A DNA stretch of 63,956 nucleotides, counting the filler, from Stramenopiles sp. TOSAG23-2 (taxonomy: Eukaryota): the NCBI GenBank assembly GCA_900128395.1. It is 3 parts of 3 records of this genome, joined end to end, with 100 filler letters (N's around TTAATTAATTAA, not from the genome) between each part and the next. Parts side by side here need not be neighbours in the genome. Positions count along the whole stretch, not along the records: positions 1 to 22,708 come from LT649505.1; 2 more parts are not named here. One strand, written 5' to 3'. The notes beneath the pieces were generated by a model that did no database searches, had not been told where the DNA came from, and worked only from the letters and a program-made list of their open reading frames with translations. Both the position numbers and the translations under genes were made by a program. Below, piece by piece: positions 1 through 11,431 of this stretch; positions within the stretch are counted from its first letter, which is position 1; each line of letters opens with the position of its first letter.

Positions 1-546
1 GTAATATATATATATATATATATATATAGATCTGTATGTATCATTTCGTCTCTCATCATCTCTTATCTATTTTAATCTATAACAATGTAAAATATTTATT
101 ATCTTTGTGCCTTTTTCTTCTTCTTTTCTTCTTCTTCTTCTTCATCATTATTTTTCATTTATTATTATTCCGGATAATTGAACTTTTGGATGGTGGTATT
201 TACCTGCTATTTTATTTTAACAAGCCGACCTTCGAATTATAATAGTAGAATTAGACTAATTTCAACGTCGTGATACAGTTTGTTTTTTGGTTATTTAAAA
301 TAGGAATAAAATATTCGATGGCAGAAGAATTGCAGAACGGGAAAAAATGATGACCTCTCTTCTCCTTTATTACTTAAGGTAAAGCTGAGCTACTCTTCCA
401 AAAATATTAATAATATTGAATTTATGATGTGATAAAATTATGCACAACAAGAAGAATGCAAATGCAACAAGTGTATAATATTATTATACAACACGTTTGA
501 CATATATATATCCATATATCTTAAGAAATATATAGCAATTAATATC

Positions 547-2169
547 ATGAGTAGCATAATAAGAAATAATAACACTGAAAAACACCCTTGCTCCATTGCA
601 GATATTGAAAATGAAATCAAAATAGCAGAGGAAAAACAAGAGCGTTCCACTGTAATCAAGTTAAAAAGACAGTTGAAAAAAATGTTAATAAATGAACATA
701 CAAATAATTCTGGAGAAATGCCTTCGAAAGATAGATTGAATCCATTAGAATATGCGAAATACAATATCAAAGGCAAACAAATATATATTGGTGCTTCAAG
801 GCCGGTATTGGTCAGTCCTCATTTATTAATGTCAGAATTGAACATTGTTGGTGTATTAAATGTAACAAAAGAAGTAGCATTTTCTTCTTCAACGTTAAAT
901 TGTAAAGATTTAAAGTTAAAACAAATTTCTGTGATAGATCGACCGACAGAACATATCAACGAATATTTCGATACTGCATTTGATTTTATTGATTCATGTC
1001 TCGACAATGGTACAACAAGCAATGCAGTTTTTGTACATTGTCAAAGGGGAATTAGTAGATCTGCTACAATTGTTATGGCATATGCAATTTTTCATGGGAT
1101 GACATTGAGTGAAATTACATCGACAATTTTAAAATCAAGACCACAAGTAAAACCAAATGTAGGTTTTTGGAAAATATTATGTGATTATGAATTCAAATGT
1201 CTGGGTAAAAATACAGTCACAATAAATCATTGGAAGGAAAGACAAGTGAATGAGGATGATAATAGCAGCAGCAAGAAGGAGAAGAAAAAACCGAATAATC
1301 ATACATCAAATACAATTGAATCACGATTAAAAGAAATTCATAATGCAAAAAAAAATTTAGAATCTAATAATGATAATATTCCATTTATTGCAAATGCAAA
1401 AAAATATTGTGGCATTAACATTAATTGCAATAATAATAATAATAATACGAAAACAAATAAGAAAATTATTCATTTTGTTCGGCATGGTGAAGGTTTTCAT
1501 AATGCATTGGCTAGAAAAATTGGAAGAAAAGCATATCTAGATCCAGCAGTATTTGATCCAGAATTAACAGATATTGGAATACAGCAAGCAAAGGATTTAC
1601 AGGATGAAGTTTTAAATTTATATTTAAACGATCCAAATTCAATTGATTGTATTGTTTTTTCGCCAATGAAACGTGCATTGATGACAGGAACTATTGCATG
1701 TGAAAAGGTACTATTATCATCAAATAATAATAATGATAATAAACTGCCAAAAATGGTTGCGGTAGAATGTATTCGTGAACGATATGGCGTCCATATTTGT
1801 GATAGCAGGCGTACAATTGATATTATACAAAAAGAATATCCAAATATTGATTTTACAACAAACATTGAAGATATAAAAGATACCTTACACAAGGAAAACG
1901 AACGTGAAACACATGAACATGTTATCTTAAGAGGATATGAATTTTTAGATTGGTTAAAAAATCAAGACGATACAATCCAATCTGTGATCGTGTTTAGCCA
2001 TAGTAGTTATTTGATGAATATGTTTAATGCCGTATTACATTTTGAAGCAAATGGCAACGGCAACGACGACAACGAGAATAATAATTTGGAAACTATTTCT
2101 AATTTAAAAAAATGGTTCAATACAGGTGAATTAAAATCTGTAGAAGTTACCTTCAATGATAGATTCTGA
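547..2169 (+). CDS. Dual-specificity protein phosphatase fused to a histidine-phosphatase (phosphoglycerate mutase-like) domain
   Basis: N-half has the DSP catalytic loop VHCQRGISRS and PNVGFW. C-half has RHGEG, SPMKRA, RE and SH motifs of histidine phosphatases. Confidence 0.88.
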   Translation: MSSIIRNNNTEKHPCSIADIENEIKIAEEKQERSTVIKLKRQLKKMLINEHTNNSGEMPSKDRLNPLEYAKYNIKGKQIYIGASRPVLVSPHLLMSELNIVGVLNVTKEVAFSSSTLNCKDLKLKQISVIDRPTEHINEYFDTAFDFIDSCLDNGTTSNAVFVHCQRGISRSATIVMAYAIFHGMTLSEITSTILKSRPQVKPNVGFWKILCDYEFKCLGKNTVTINHWKERQVNEDDNSSSKKEKKKPNNHTSNTIESRLKEIHNAKKNLESNNDNIPFIANAKKYCGININCNNNNNNTKTNKKIIHFVRHGEGFHNALARKIGRKAYLDPAVFDPELTDIGIQQAKDLQDEVLNLYLNDPNSIDCIVFSPMKRALMTGTIACEKVLLSSNNNNDNKLPKMVAVECIRERYGVHICDSRRTIDIIQKEYPNIDFTTNIEDIKDTLHKENERETHEHVILRGYEFLDWLKNQDDTIQSVIVFSHSSYLMNMFNAVLHFEANGNGNDDNENNNLETISNLKKWFNTGELKSVEVTFNDRF

Positions 2170-2633
2170 TATTCCATGGGGACTGATTAATGGTCCTGCA
2201 TTAATAATATTATTTGGATATTTTGATAATATGAAAATGGGTTATGGAATAGTAAATTACGATCTATAATACTGGTGGTAGCTCGAGCTAGCTCTAGTGC
2301 AAAAGGATCTCTTGCCATGATGGTGCCATGGTCTTTGTGTCTTGTGGAGTTTAGGTTTAGAAACATATTATTTGTATTATACTTATAGTCAGAGTAAAAT
2401 ACATAATTGATAGGAAGAACCACCACCATTATAATATGCTTTATTATTTAATTTCGAATAATAATAATTATTAATAATTTTTTAAAGATATAAATAAAAT
2501 ATAGATTGTTGCGTTATGGAACAGAATAGTTTTTTTCAATATATATATATATATAGAAAAAAAAGCTTTCTTTCTATTTTTAAAAAGATCAGGACGATAT
2601 AGTATATATAAATACTTTTACATACATATCAAA

Positions 2634-3617
2634 ATGGCAGCATTAATTAATATCACGACAAGAAGAAATGCTTTACGTATTAATAATAATTTTTCTACCA
2701 AACATCAATTGAGAAAATATCTTTGGACCGCAGCTAGGATACAAGAAGTATTAAATAGGCATGAACGCGTTGCAGATGCAGTTGTTAAAACGGGTGAAGA
2801 TGGTGCATTTGAAGCAAAAATATTACCATTGATACATGAACAGACTGGGGAATCAGATATGAATAGTTTTTTGGACATAGTTGAAACTGCTGATAAAACG
2901 GCAAAGAATTCATCACAATATTTTTTACGTGCAACTTTAGATAAAACTGATCTTGAAATGTGGCTCTTAGAAAATGGTTTTGAGGAAGAGAAACAAGCAT
3001 TTCCAGCGTATAATTTTGTGCAAAGTGAAGATGATATTGATGCAGATGCTGGGCATTCTAGAATTGTGATGCGACAATTAGTCCGAAAAATATTTGATTC
3101 TATTGATAATGATGAGGATAAGCACGTAACACTAGTTGAGCTATCAGAATTCTTAAAAAGAAATAATTTAGACAATAATGATTATAAAAAAGTCATGGCA
3201 GCTTATCATAAAACTGATTCCAATCAAAATTACAAATTAAATTATGAACAATTTAAAGCATTATTACGTGAAACAAATTTATTACGATCATATGGCACAG
3301 TAGAAGGTTATTTTGGAAAATTTTCAGTAAATCAAGGTTTGTCAGAATTAATTGCTAATGAAATTTTTACAAAAGCTGATATTGATGGTACAGGTTCCAT
3401 TTCTGCATCTGAATTAGAAGTTGTTTTCAAAGCATATCATCTTGGTGATAGTTCCCATGCAATGAAAGCGTTTGAACATTATGATGAAGATGGTGATGGA
3501 CGTGTCACGAAAGAAGAATTTTCAAATATGTTATTGGAAGAAGGTGTTATTGATGTAGTTGAAGCAACTGAATCGGCAAATGAAAGTAGTGGTGGTGGTG
3601 GTTGTAATATTTTGTAA
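2634..3617 (+). CDS. EF-hand calcium-binding protein with C-terminal CaaX-like motif
   Basis: Four EF-hand-like loops (DNDEDKHVTLVE, DSNQNYKLNYEQ, DIDGTGSISASE, DEDGDGRVTKEE); ends GGGGCNIL. Confidence 0.8.
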   Translation: MAALINITTRRNALRINNNFSTKHQLRKYLWTAARIQEVLNRHERVADAVVKTGEDGAFEAKILPLIHEQTGESDMNSFLDIVETADKTAKNSSQYFLRATLDKTDLEMWLLENGFEEEKQAFPAYNFVQSEDDIDADAGHSRIVMRQLVRKIFDSIDNDEDKHVTLVELSEFLKRNNLDNNDYKKVMAAYHKTDSNQNYKLNYEQFKALLRETNLLRSYGTVEGYFGKFSVNQGLSELIANEIFTKADIDGTGSISASELEVVFKAYHLGDSSHAMKAFEHYDEDGDGRVTKEEFSNMLLEEGVIDVVEATESANESSGGGGCNIL

Positions 3618-4218
3618 AGAAAACACACAAATGTATTTTGTTGAACAGTGTAAAGATATGCATATATTATATTATATATATCATATTATGATATGATATC
3701 ATATGATACATATTACATTAAATATGCAAATAACTTATTTTTTAATTTAATCAGATGATAATTAATACTCTCTAGAAACAATACAATAACTGAGGATAAT
3801 AATATCTATCTCACTAAACTGAAAGATGGACAATGAATCGTAACATGTACGAACGTAATATATATTATGCAACACCGCCATTTAATGATGGAGCAGTTAG
3901 AGTAAATACCAAGAGCCATTAATTCTCAAATTTACTTCCTCTAGTAGAAAGAAGAAGAAGATTATTTTTTTGTAAAATAGTTACCTATATGATATTAGTT
4001 ACAGTACTTCTTATTAATACTGTACAGTATGCTGCAGCAGCACAGTAATAATATAAATTTTTTTACAAGTTAGTATAAAGTTTTAAATATTATTATAATT
4101 GATCAACATATGTTATTAGCTTAAATTGATGATGATGAAGAAGAAAGATGAATGAGTAATTTTGAGATAAAAGGACACTGATGATGTGGAGTGATGTGGT
4201 ACGTTTGCTAGATTTACA

Positions 4219-7200
4219 ATGGATGTCCCACTTTTAAGCAGCAACAATAACAACCTCGGCGTTGCTAATTCCGTCTCTTCCACAACAACACGTACAACAA
4301 CAGCGTCATCTTTTGATGGTATTATAACTAATAAAAAAAAAAAAGGAAAAAATGTTGATAATAATAATAATAGATTATTGTTTAATAAAACAAATTTTGG
4401 CGGTGACATTCGCCCAAAAATTTTATTGGAAACATTATCGAAAAGAAAAGTAAATTGTTTATTTTTGACGTTGTATTTTGCACTTGCTGTTTCATGCTCT
4501 ATGTGTATATTTGAAATATATTCAGTGAACGAGGTTACTTTGGGCCACTCAAATGCATGTAATAAAACAACCATCAATCCTTCAATTATTTATACACATG
4601 AATTTACCGGTATTAATAGTTGGTATTCTTTAAGCTTGAGAGGAATGTACAATAGCAACATGTCATCAATAATAAATAACGATAATGACAATTATAAATT
4701 TAATAACTTGACAGCGTTTAAATACAATTTCAAATTTGAAGCGTTTACTAGATATGGAAAAAATGAAAATCTTATAAAAATAGAAGAAGATGTTGATTAT
4801 ACTCGGACACAAAAGGTTCAAAATTGTGATAAGAAAGGTGTGTGTGATGAAGAGTTGATTTCACAATCAGCACCAATGTTTTCACGGGAATGTAACGATA
4901 TCGATTTAAAAATAACGGGGAAACAAATAAAATCAATGGACTGTGTAGACAAAATTACATTTACTATAATCGATGGTGGCCCATTTTGCAATATTGTTTT
5001 GCACGGTAGCTATACACAATTACCACTGGCCAGTGTAAATTTTATTGTTTGTATTTTTTCGTCTACCATTACTCTGTTTGTATGGATGTATTGGTTGTAT
5101 ATATTTACATGTAATAAGCAATGTAATATGATTAGACGGTGCTATTGTTCTTGTTGCTTTAATTTTCACAATGGGATTAGTAATCTACAACAAGAAAACA
5201 ACCCATTGAAGATGGTGTATGAAAGAGTATGGTTGACTTTTTTATTTCCTGCAATGTTGATTTTTCAACTTCCGGAACATACTGTATATCCAACGTATCA
5301 TGAAAATTACTATTATAGCAACTATACTTCAAGTATAGATACATTTATAGATACTTTTGATGCCATTCGACGTCCATTTGGCCTTTCGTGTATATTATTA
5401 TTTTGGCTTTGTTTTATTGACCTTGGATCTGAAATAAGTAAGAAACGATTGTCTGTTTGTTTTTATTTTCCAAAGGTAATTGTATCGTCTTGTATTTGGG
5501 TTACTTTAACCATTTACGTTTACGGGCATAATACAAACAATCTGATTCCACTCAACAAGTATGAAATAAAATACTCCATGTTTATATGCATTGCTTTTTT
5601 CATATTGTACTTAATTTTCATTTCATTTGCATGCCATCGGACAACAGTGGCACTTGAAAAAGTACCGTATCATACTATTCGAAAAGAACACATGGTATTT
5701 CGTTTTATTGCCTTATGTTCATTTGCACTTGTATTTTATGTACCAAGTGTATTAGTAATTGCATATATAATGAGTCAAAAGAAACATTATAAATTTAATA
5801 GTAGCGATTTGGATTCAGAGGATGACATGTCCATTTTTTGGAAACTTACGCAACGTATGGCATTTGGATATCCAACAGTCATATTAATTTCATTATATAC
5901 ATGGATGTTAGCGTACATATATTTATTACCTGGCATTGCAGATCCACGACGGAAATGGGTAGCTCGAGAAATTACTGGGCAGTGTAGAAGAAGAAGTAAA
6001 TTTATGTTTGATAATGTTAATAGTTTAATGGAATCACCATTAACGTCAAGTAAAGAAAAACGTAAAGGGTTAAGACATCATATAGATATTCAGAAAGATA
6101 CTAAGGTGGTAGTAAATGATAAAATAATACAACAACACGAAATGTCTTTCTCTTCGTTTTGTTTTGAAACGGCATTGGAATTATTAGAAGCGTCCCACTT
6201 ATCATATTACGACATTCCTTTCATTGAAGATTGTGGGGGAGTTATTGAAGAGAAAAGCAACAATGAAAATACTAGCGATGTTGGTTGTGGTAGAGGTAGA
6301 AATTATAATAATAAGGATACCACCAATACACGCAATCTTACCAATGGAAGTTTTGGTTTCTATGGAAGGAAAGAGAGAGAAAGACTTGATTCAACGAGAT
6401 ATAAAATTAAAGGATCTGTGTATGACGAGGAAACAAATTGTTATGCCATTATATTTACACGTGATGATAGAATTGTTATTAGTTTTAGGGGCACTAGTAA
6501 TTTAACACATTGGAGACAAAATTGTCAATGTTTTAATCAACAATCAATTGATTGGTTTGATATTGATGAAATGATTCGTCGAGAAGGTTTAGACAAATTT
6601 TTATTCCCACCAACAGTTCATTCAGGATTTAAAGAAATGTATTTAAATGTTAGGGTTGAATTATTTAAAATATTGGAAGATATTATTAAAAAAGATCAAC
6701 GCAACAAAAACAATTTAAAATATATTTTCTTAACAGGGCACTCGTTGGGTGGAGCTTTGGCAACAATGGCATCACTTGAAATTAGATCTAAGATATCTCA
6801 TAAATATCAAGTAATTGTATATACATTTGGTTCGCCTAGAATTGGAAACCATTCTTTATCTGATTTAATGTTGTCAGTTGTTCCAAATATTTTTCGTGTT
6901 GTAACACAAGGCGATATGATACCCCAATACCCAAAACTGTACATACTTGGAAATACCTATAAACATACAGGTATTCAAGTTTTTTTTGACTATTCAAAAG
7001 CTATAATAATGGAACCGAATTTTGCTGAAAGTGCCATATCAAATATTCTTTTCTTTCAAAAAACACGTCCACGTTTTCATAAATTATTGTATTACAAATT
7101 ATGTTTACTAACATTTTTATCCCAATGTACAGATGAGAAAATCAATGACAGTACGTTTCATCATTTGTTGTACGAAAACGATGATGAATTGATTGAGTTG

Positions 7201-7245
7201 GAAGAGGAAGAGTGGGGATGGGGAGAGCTTAGAAGAAATCAATGA
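4219..7245 (+). CDS. Multi-pass membrane protein with C-terminal class 3 lipase domain
   Basis: About 7 hydrophobic segments, then ISFRGT, VHSGF, TGHSLGGA (GxSxG nucleophile), YTFGSPRIGN, D and H triad candidates. Confidence 0.88.
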   Translation: MDVPLLSSNNNNLGVANSVSSTTTRTTTASSFDGIITNKKKKGKNVDNNNNRLLFNKTNFGGDIRPKILLETLSKRKVNCLFLTLYFALAVSCSMCIFEIYSVNEVTLGHSNACNKTTINPSIIYTHEFTGINSWYSLSLRGMYNSNMSSIINNDNDNYKFNNLTAFKYNFKFEAFTRYGKNENLIKIEEDVDYTRTQKVQNCDKKGVCDEELISQSAPMFSRECNDIDLKITGKQIKSMDCVDKITFTIIDGGPFCNIVLHGSYTQLPLASVNFIVCIFSSTITLFVWMYWLYIFTCNKQCNMIRRCYCSCCFNFHNGISNLQQENNPLKMVYERVWLTFLFPAMLIFQLPEHTVYPTYHENYYYSNYTSSIDTFIDTFDAIRRPFGLSCILLFWLCFIDLGSEISKKRLSVCFYFPKVIVSSCIWVTLTIYVYGHNTNNLIPLNKYEIKYSMFICIAFFILYLIFISFACHRTTVALEKVPYHTIRKEHMVFRFIALCSFALVFYVPSVLVIAYIMSQKKHYKFNSSDLDSEDDMSIFWKLTQRMAFGYPTVILISLYTWMLAYIYLLPGIADPRRKWVAREITGQCRRRSKFMFDNVNSLMESPLTSSKEKRKGLRHHIDIQKDTKVVVNDKIIQQHEMSFSSFCFETALELLEASHLSYYDIPFIEDCGGVIEEKSNNENTSDVGCGRGRNYNNKDTTNTRNLTNGSFGFYGRKERERLDSTRYKIKGSVYDEETNCYAIIFTRDDRIVISFRGTSNLTHWRQNCQCFNQQSIDWFDIDEMIRREGLDKFLFPPTVHSGFKEMYLNVRVELFKILEDIIKKDQRNKNNLKYIFLTGHSLGGALATMASLEIRSKISHKYQVIVYTFGSPRIGNHSLSDLMLSVVPNIFRVVTQGDMIPQYPKLYILGNTYKHTGIQVFFDYSKAIIMEPNFAESAISNILFFQKTRPRFHKLLYYKLCLLTFLSQCTDEKINDSTFHHLLYENDDELIELEEEEWGWGELRRNQ

Positions 7246-7895
7246 TATTTTATATATATATATATTTTTTTATAAAAATATGGCATGTTACAATTTATTT
7301 AAATTTTATTTTTTTTAAAAATTTTACTCATGATAATTCCTACTCTCCAGAAAGAATACACACACGAATACACTACGAAGCTTCGTATCAATGTTTTTGG
7401 CTAAAAACCAGTTTTTAGTGTGTTACATCTTGCTACAAACTTTGTATCTTCAGCGACTCTTTGAGAATACTATACTGATCACCTTCGGTTGCAATTGGAT
7501 AAAACTCTAATGTTTCTGAACCACCCTTGGTAAAATTATTTTTAATATTAGTAATATTTTATTACTCTCAAGTTATTTAATATTATAATTTCACTCCCAC
7601 AAACAAATGATACTATATGTATGCACAAAATACAAATGAAGTGTTTCAAAAGTACATGTAGATACTTATTTGAAATTTTAAAGACAAAACAAATTTAGGA
7701 AAGTTACTTGTGTCGCAATTATTATTATGGTATTGGAAATTCATAGATGTTTAACAAATTTGATAATTTTTTATTTCTATATATGACATTTATCAATTAT
7801 TTCAATAATTCTCTTTGCCTTTTTCGATTTATTCTATAATAAACAAGCTAGAAATAGCATTGTTATTTTGCACATCATGCTCACAGATAAATATC

Positions 7896-8438
7896 TAGTC
7901 GAGTGCAAAAAAAAAGCTAGTCAAGCACTCAAGTACAAAAAAGCTATACTCGAGTTCCTTAATTCCACTTGACTGCAATAAAGCCACTTGACTGCAATAA
8001 AGGCACTCGAGTGCAATAAAGCCACTCGACTGCAATAAAGACACTCGAGTGTAATAAAGTCACTTGACTGCAATAAAGCCACTCGAGTTCCTTAAAGCTA
8101 CTCGAGTGCAATAAAGTCACTTGACTGCAATAAATCCACTCGAGTGCAATAAATCCACTCGAGTTCCTTAATTCCACTTGACTGCAAAAAAGCCACTTGA
8201 CTGCAATTAAGCCACTCGAGTGCAATAAATCCACTCGAGTTCCTTAATTTCACTCGAGTGCAATAAAGCCACTCGAGTGCAATAAAGCCACTCGAGTTCC
8301 TTAATTCCACTCGAGTGCAATAAAACCACTCGAGTGCAATAAATCCACTCGAGTTCCTTAATTCCACTTGACTGCAAAAAAGCCACTCGACTGCAATAAA
8401 GCCACTCGAGTGCAATAAAGCCACTAGAGTTCCTTAAT
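7896..8438. repeat. 19-bp minisatellite, roughly 25-28 degenerate copies, with palindromic core CACTCGAGTG
   Basis: Units such as CCACTCGAGTGCAATAAAG, CCACTTGACTGCAATAAAG and CCACTCGAGTTCCTTAATT in tandem. Confidence 0.92.
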
Positions 8439-8869
8439 TTGTAGAAAATTTAAATGTGTTGGCAAAATAGCAGCACTCCAGCACTGCAGCATACACAGTA
8501 GTAGTTGGCATTTTATATTTTTTTGTTATATTTTTATTTGTGGCCTTCTTTTACTCAATATACCTTAAGATATAAACAATGACACAATTACATAGCCTTC
8601 ATAACAATATTCATATTAAGGATATTTTGGATAGATATCCACATCACTCTTTTTTTTTGAAGTGCATGCATAAAAAAAACCAGAAAAAAAGAGTTTTGTA
8701 CACATCTATAGATAACTAATAATGCATGCGTGTAGGTGTAGATGTAGATAGATGTAGATATAGAACAATAAGCAAAAAAAACAAAAGATATAACAAAAAA
8801 ACATAAACGAAAAAGATACATCAAAAAAACATAAACGAAAAAGATATATTATACTGTGAACAAAACAAA

Positions 8870-9844
8870 ATGTTGCTTAAAATTACATTACTATTAACAT
8901 GTATTATATGTGCTGCAGAAGCAATGCCAAGTTATCCTGGGTGTAATTTAGTTGGTAGCCAAAGTGGACAGAATGTCATGACTCGTACTACGATTATGGG
9001 TGCAACGCCAACTGATGCAACAAATTTAATTTCCTTTTCAGCAAGTCAGTATTCACAAGGAGACGAGAAAATTAATGTAACGTTGGCAAATTTACAAGCG
9101 GGCGGTGCTGTTATTCATACAAGTGCTGGTACATTGTCATCTGCAAATGATGCACAAACTAAACCAAGTGGATATACTGAAAAAACAAGCTGTACTGACA
9201 AAATGTTTTACAAACAAGGCGGTGTTGCTGCTTCAGAAACATTATATTTAACTGTTCCAAGTGATATTTCAACTGTAAGTTCGATTACAATATCTGTATT
9301 GACTGCAGCTGGTCAAAGCACTATTACCCGTCAAGCTAAATCTGTTACGAAGACAGTTACAACAACAACGACAGCACCAACGACTACAACAACTGCTAGT
9401 TCAACAACAACGAGTTCGGTAACAAATGCTCCAGCAACAACAACGAATTCGGTGACAAATGCGCCAGCAACAACAACAACGAATTCGGTGACAAGTGCGC
9501 CAGCAACAACAACAACGAATTCGGGGACAAGTGCACCAGCAACAACAACAACGAACTCGGTGACAAATGCGCCAGCAACAACTACTACGAATTCGGTAAC
9601 AAATGCACCAGCAACAACAACTACGAGTTTGGTAACAAATGCGCCAGCGACAACAACTAATACAGCCGCAACATCACCAACAACACAATCTGCTACAAGC
9701 GCACCGGCAACAAAAGCCCCAGTAACAAAAGCCCAAGTAACAGGAACAGCAGCACCAGCGTTATCTTCTGGACCAAAAGTATTTACTGATAATTTATCTT
9801 TAACTGTTACGACTTTAGCTGCAATTGCAATTATGTTATTTTAA
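8870..9844 (+). CDS. Secreted or GPI-anchored mucin-like surface protein with Thr-rich repeats (N-terminal domain possibly Reeler-like)
   Basis: N-terminal signal peptide, tandem ~11-aa TNSVTNAPATT repeats, hydrophobic C-terminal tail. Confidence 0.8.
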   Translation: MLLKITLLLTCIICAAEAMPSYPGCNLVGSQSGQNVMTRTTIMGATPTDATNLISFSASQYSQGDEKINVTLANLQAGGAVIHTSAGTLSSANDAQTKPSGYTEKTSCTDKMFYKQGGVAASETLYLTVPSDISTVSSITISVLTAAGQSTITRQAKSVTKTVTTTTTAPTTTTTASSTTTSSVTNAPATTTNSVTNAPATTTTNSVTSAPATTTTNSGTSAPATTTTNSVTNAPATTTTNSVTNAPATTTTSLVTNAPATTTNTAATSPTTQSATSAPATKAPVTKAQVTGTAAPALSSGPKVFTDNLSLTVTTLAAIAIMLF

Positions 9845-10050
9845 ATACACAGAATAAAAAATATAAAAATGTTCATATTTAGGAATTTTATATAAACATT
9901 TTTTGAGTGCGACGTACAAAGTACACACCTGTATTTTTTTTTTTTTTTATAAAAATGTAAAAATATATCATATGTGTGTAAAAAAAAGCATTTAAAAAAA
10001 TACTCTCTGACAAGATATTTTACTTTCTAAACCTCCTCTCTTTCCTTCCT

Positions 10051-11019
10051 TTAAACTTTATACTTCGAAGTACTATTATTTACATTGTTTGTTGTTGTAC
10101 TATTCAAATTATTATCCCCACCACCCTGTTTTACTTTTTTAGATGATGCACCACTACTATCGTATTTTTTTATTACTTGTGCATTATGTTCTTCTAACTC
10201 CTCTGAAATAGCATGAGATGCTAATCCTTCTTTATTTTCCATTTCTCTAAGCAAAGTCATCATTCGAATTAAATACATCCCAACTTGAAATGGATATGGT
10301 GATTGGGTTGACCAAAACGTATCTAATTTTTTTCCAGCATCCCAATCGTCTATAACAGCTTCTATTTCAATACTAAATTGAACAAGTTGAATTAAAAATA
10401 AATTACGTCCCATACCATTTCCTGCAGCAACAGGATATAATTTAAAAAAAGATTCCTTTGATTCCCATTCTTGTAAATAACCGGCATATTTATTTATCAT
10501 ATCGACAACTGGTATAATTAATTTTCGATAACATTTTGATATTATAATTCGAAAATGACGAGCTCCATCCCCATCTTTTTCTTGTTTTAATTTTTCCATC
10601 ATTTCTATTCCAAAAAATTGTTCAGCAGTCATTGCATTCCATTTACCTTTCATAAAAGATCCAAAACCAAGATCTTCATCTTTAATTCTTTGTGATTGTA
10701 TTTGAGCTTCTTCTGGATAGAATTTCCCCATCGCAGATCTCAAATCAAATAACATTGAATTTAATGTCAAAACCATAAAGTGGGCAGGACCAACAAATTC
10801 AGAAATTTTCTTTCTTACTTTATCTAAACGTGCTTGATGAAGTTTTTCTGTTCTATTAATTTGTATTTCTCGACGGCGTTCTTTTGCTCTTAATTGACCT
10901 TGCACATAATAGCCAATTACTGCAACTACAGCTGATAAGAATATCAATGTACCTTGTACAATAAGTCCAACATCTGATGCATTACTCCCAGCACCAACGG
11001 TAGACATCACTATTATCAT
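10051..11019 (-). CDS. Hypothetical protein with one N-terminal transmembrane helix
   Basis: 322-aa ORF with host-like composition; hydrophobic segment LIVQGTLIFLSAVVAVIGYYV followed by a charged helix. Confidence 0.7.
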   Translation of the reverse strand: MIIVMSTVGAGSNASDVGLIVQGTLIFLSAVVAVIGYYVQGQLRAKERRREIQINRTEKLHQARLDKVRKKISEFVGPAHFMVLTLNSMLFDLRSAMGKFYPEEAQIQSQRIKDEDLGFGSFMKGKWNAMTAEQFFGIEMMEKLKQEKDGDGARHFRIIISKCYRKLIIPVVDMINKYAGYLQEWESKESFFKLYPVAAGNGMGRNLFLIQLVQFSIEIEAVIDDWDAGKKLDTFWSTQSPYPFQVGMYLIRMMTLLREMENKEGLASHAISEELEEHNAQVIKKYDSSGASSKKVKQGGGDNNLNSTTTNNVNNSTSKYKV

Positions 11020-11431
11020 TTATGTAGAATTAAAAACGATGATGATAATGATAGTTATGATATATACAACAAATATCAATTGACATTCGCATCATCATTC
11101 CTCCACAACACAAAGAAGCAAAATTTCAAAAAAATTACAAACAAAAACCAAAAAAAAGATTATTTTTTGTGTTGTTGATGAAAAAAAAAAAGTATTACTA
11201 TTATTTAAGGTATTATTAAAATACCCTATTTCTAACCTTCGAGTGGAACACTCGCGAAAACAACAACTCCTCCTCCTCTGAAAAAACCACCACAATAATA
11301 TTATTATTGGTTTTGATGAATTAATAGTTCAGAGGAGAAACAACACAAATGAGCGACACACTCTCCATATACATATAGATCAATATATTGACCAATATAT
11401 TGTATATCTTCATAATAATAATAACAACATA

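Noticed and set aside
7896..8438. Possible CRISPR array, or coding ORFs 7959-8234 and 8098-8424
   Set aside because: Units are contiguous with no unique spacers and there are no cas genes. The 19-aa periodic ORFs are a by-product of the 19-bp repeat.
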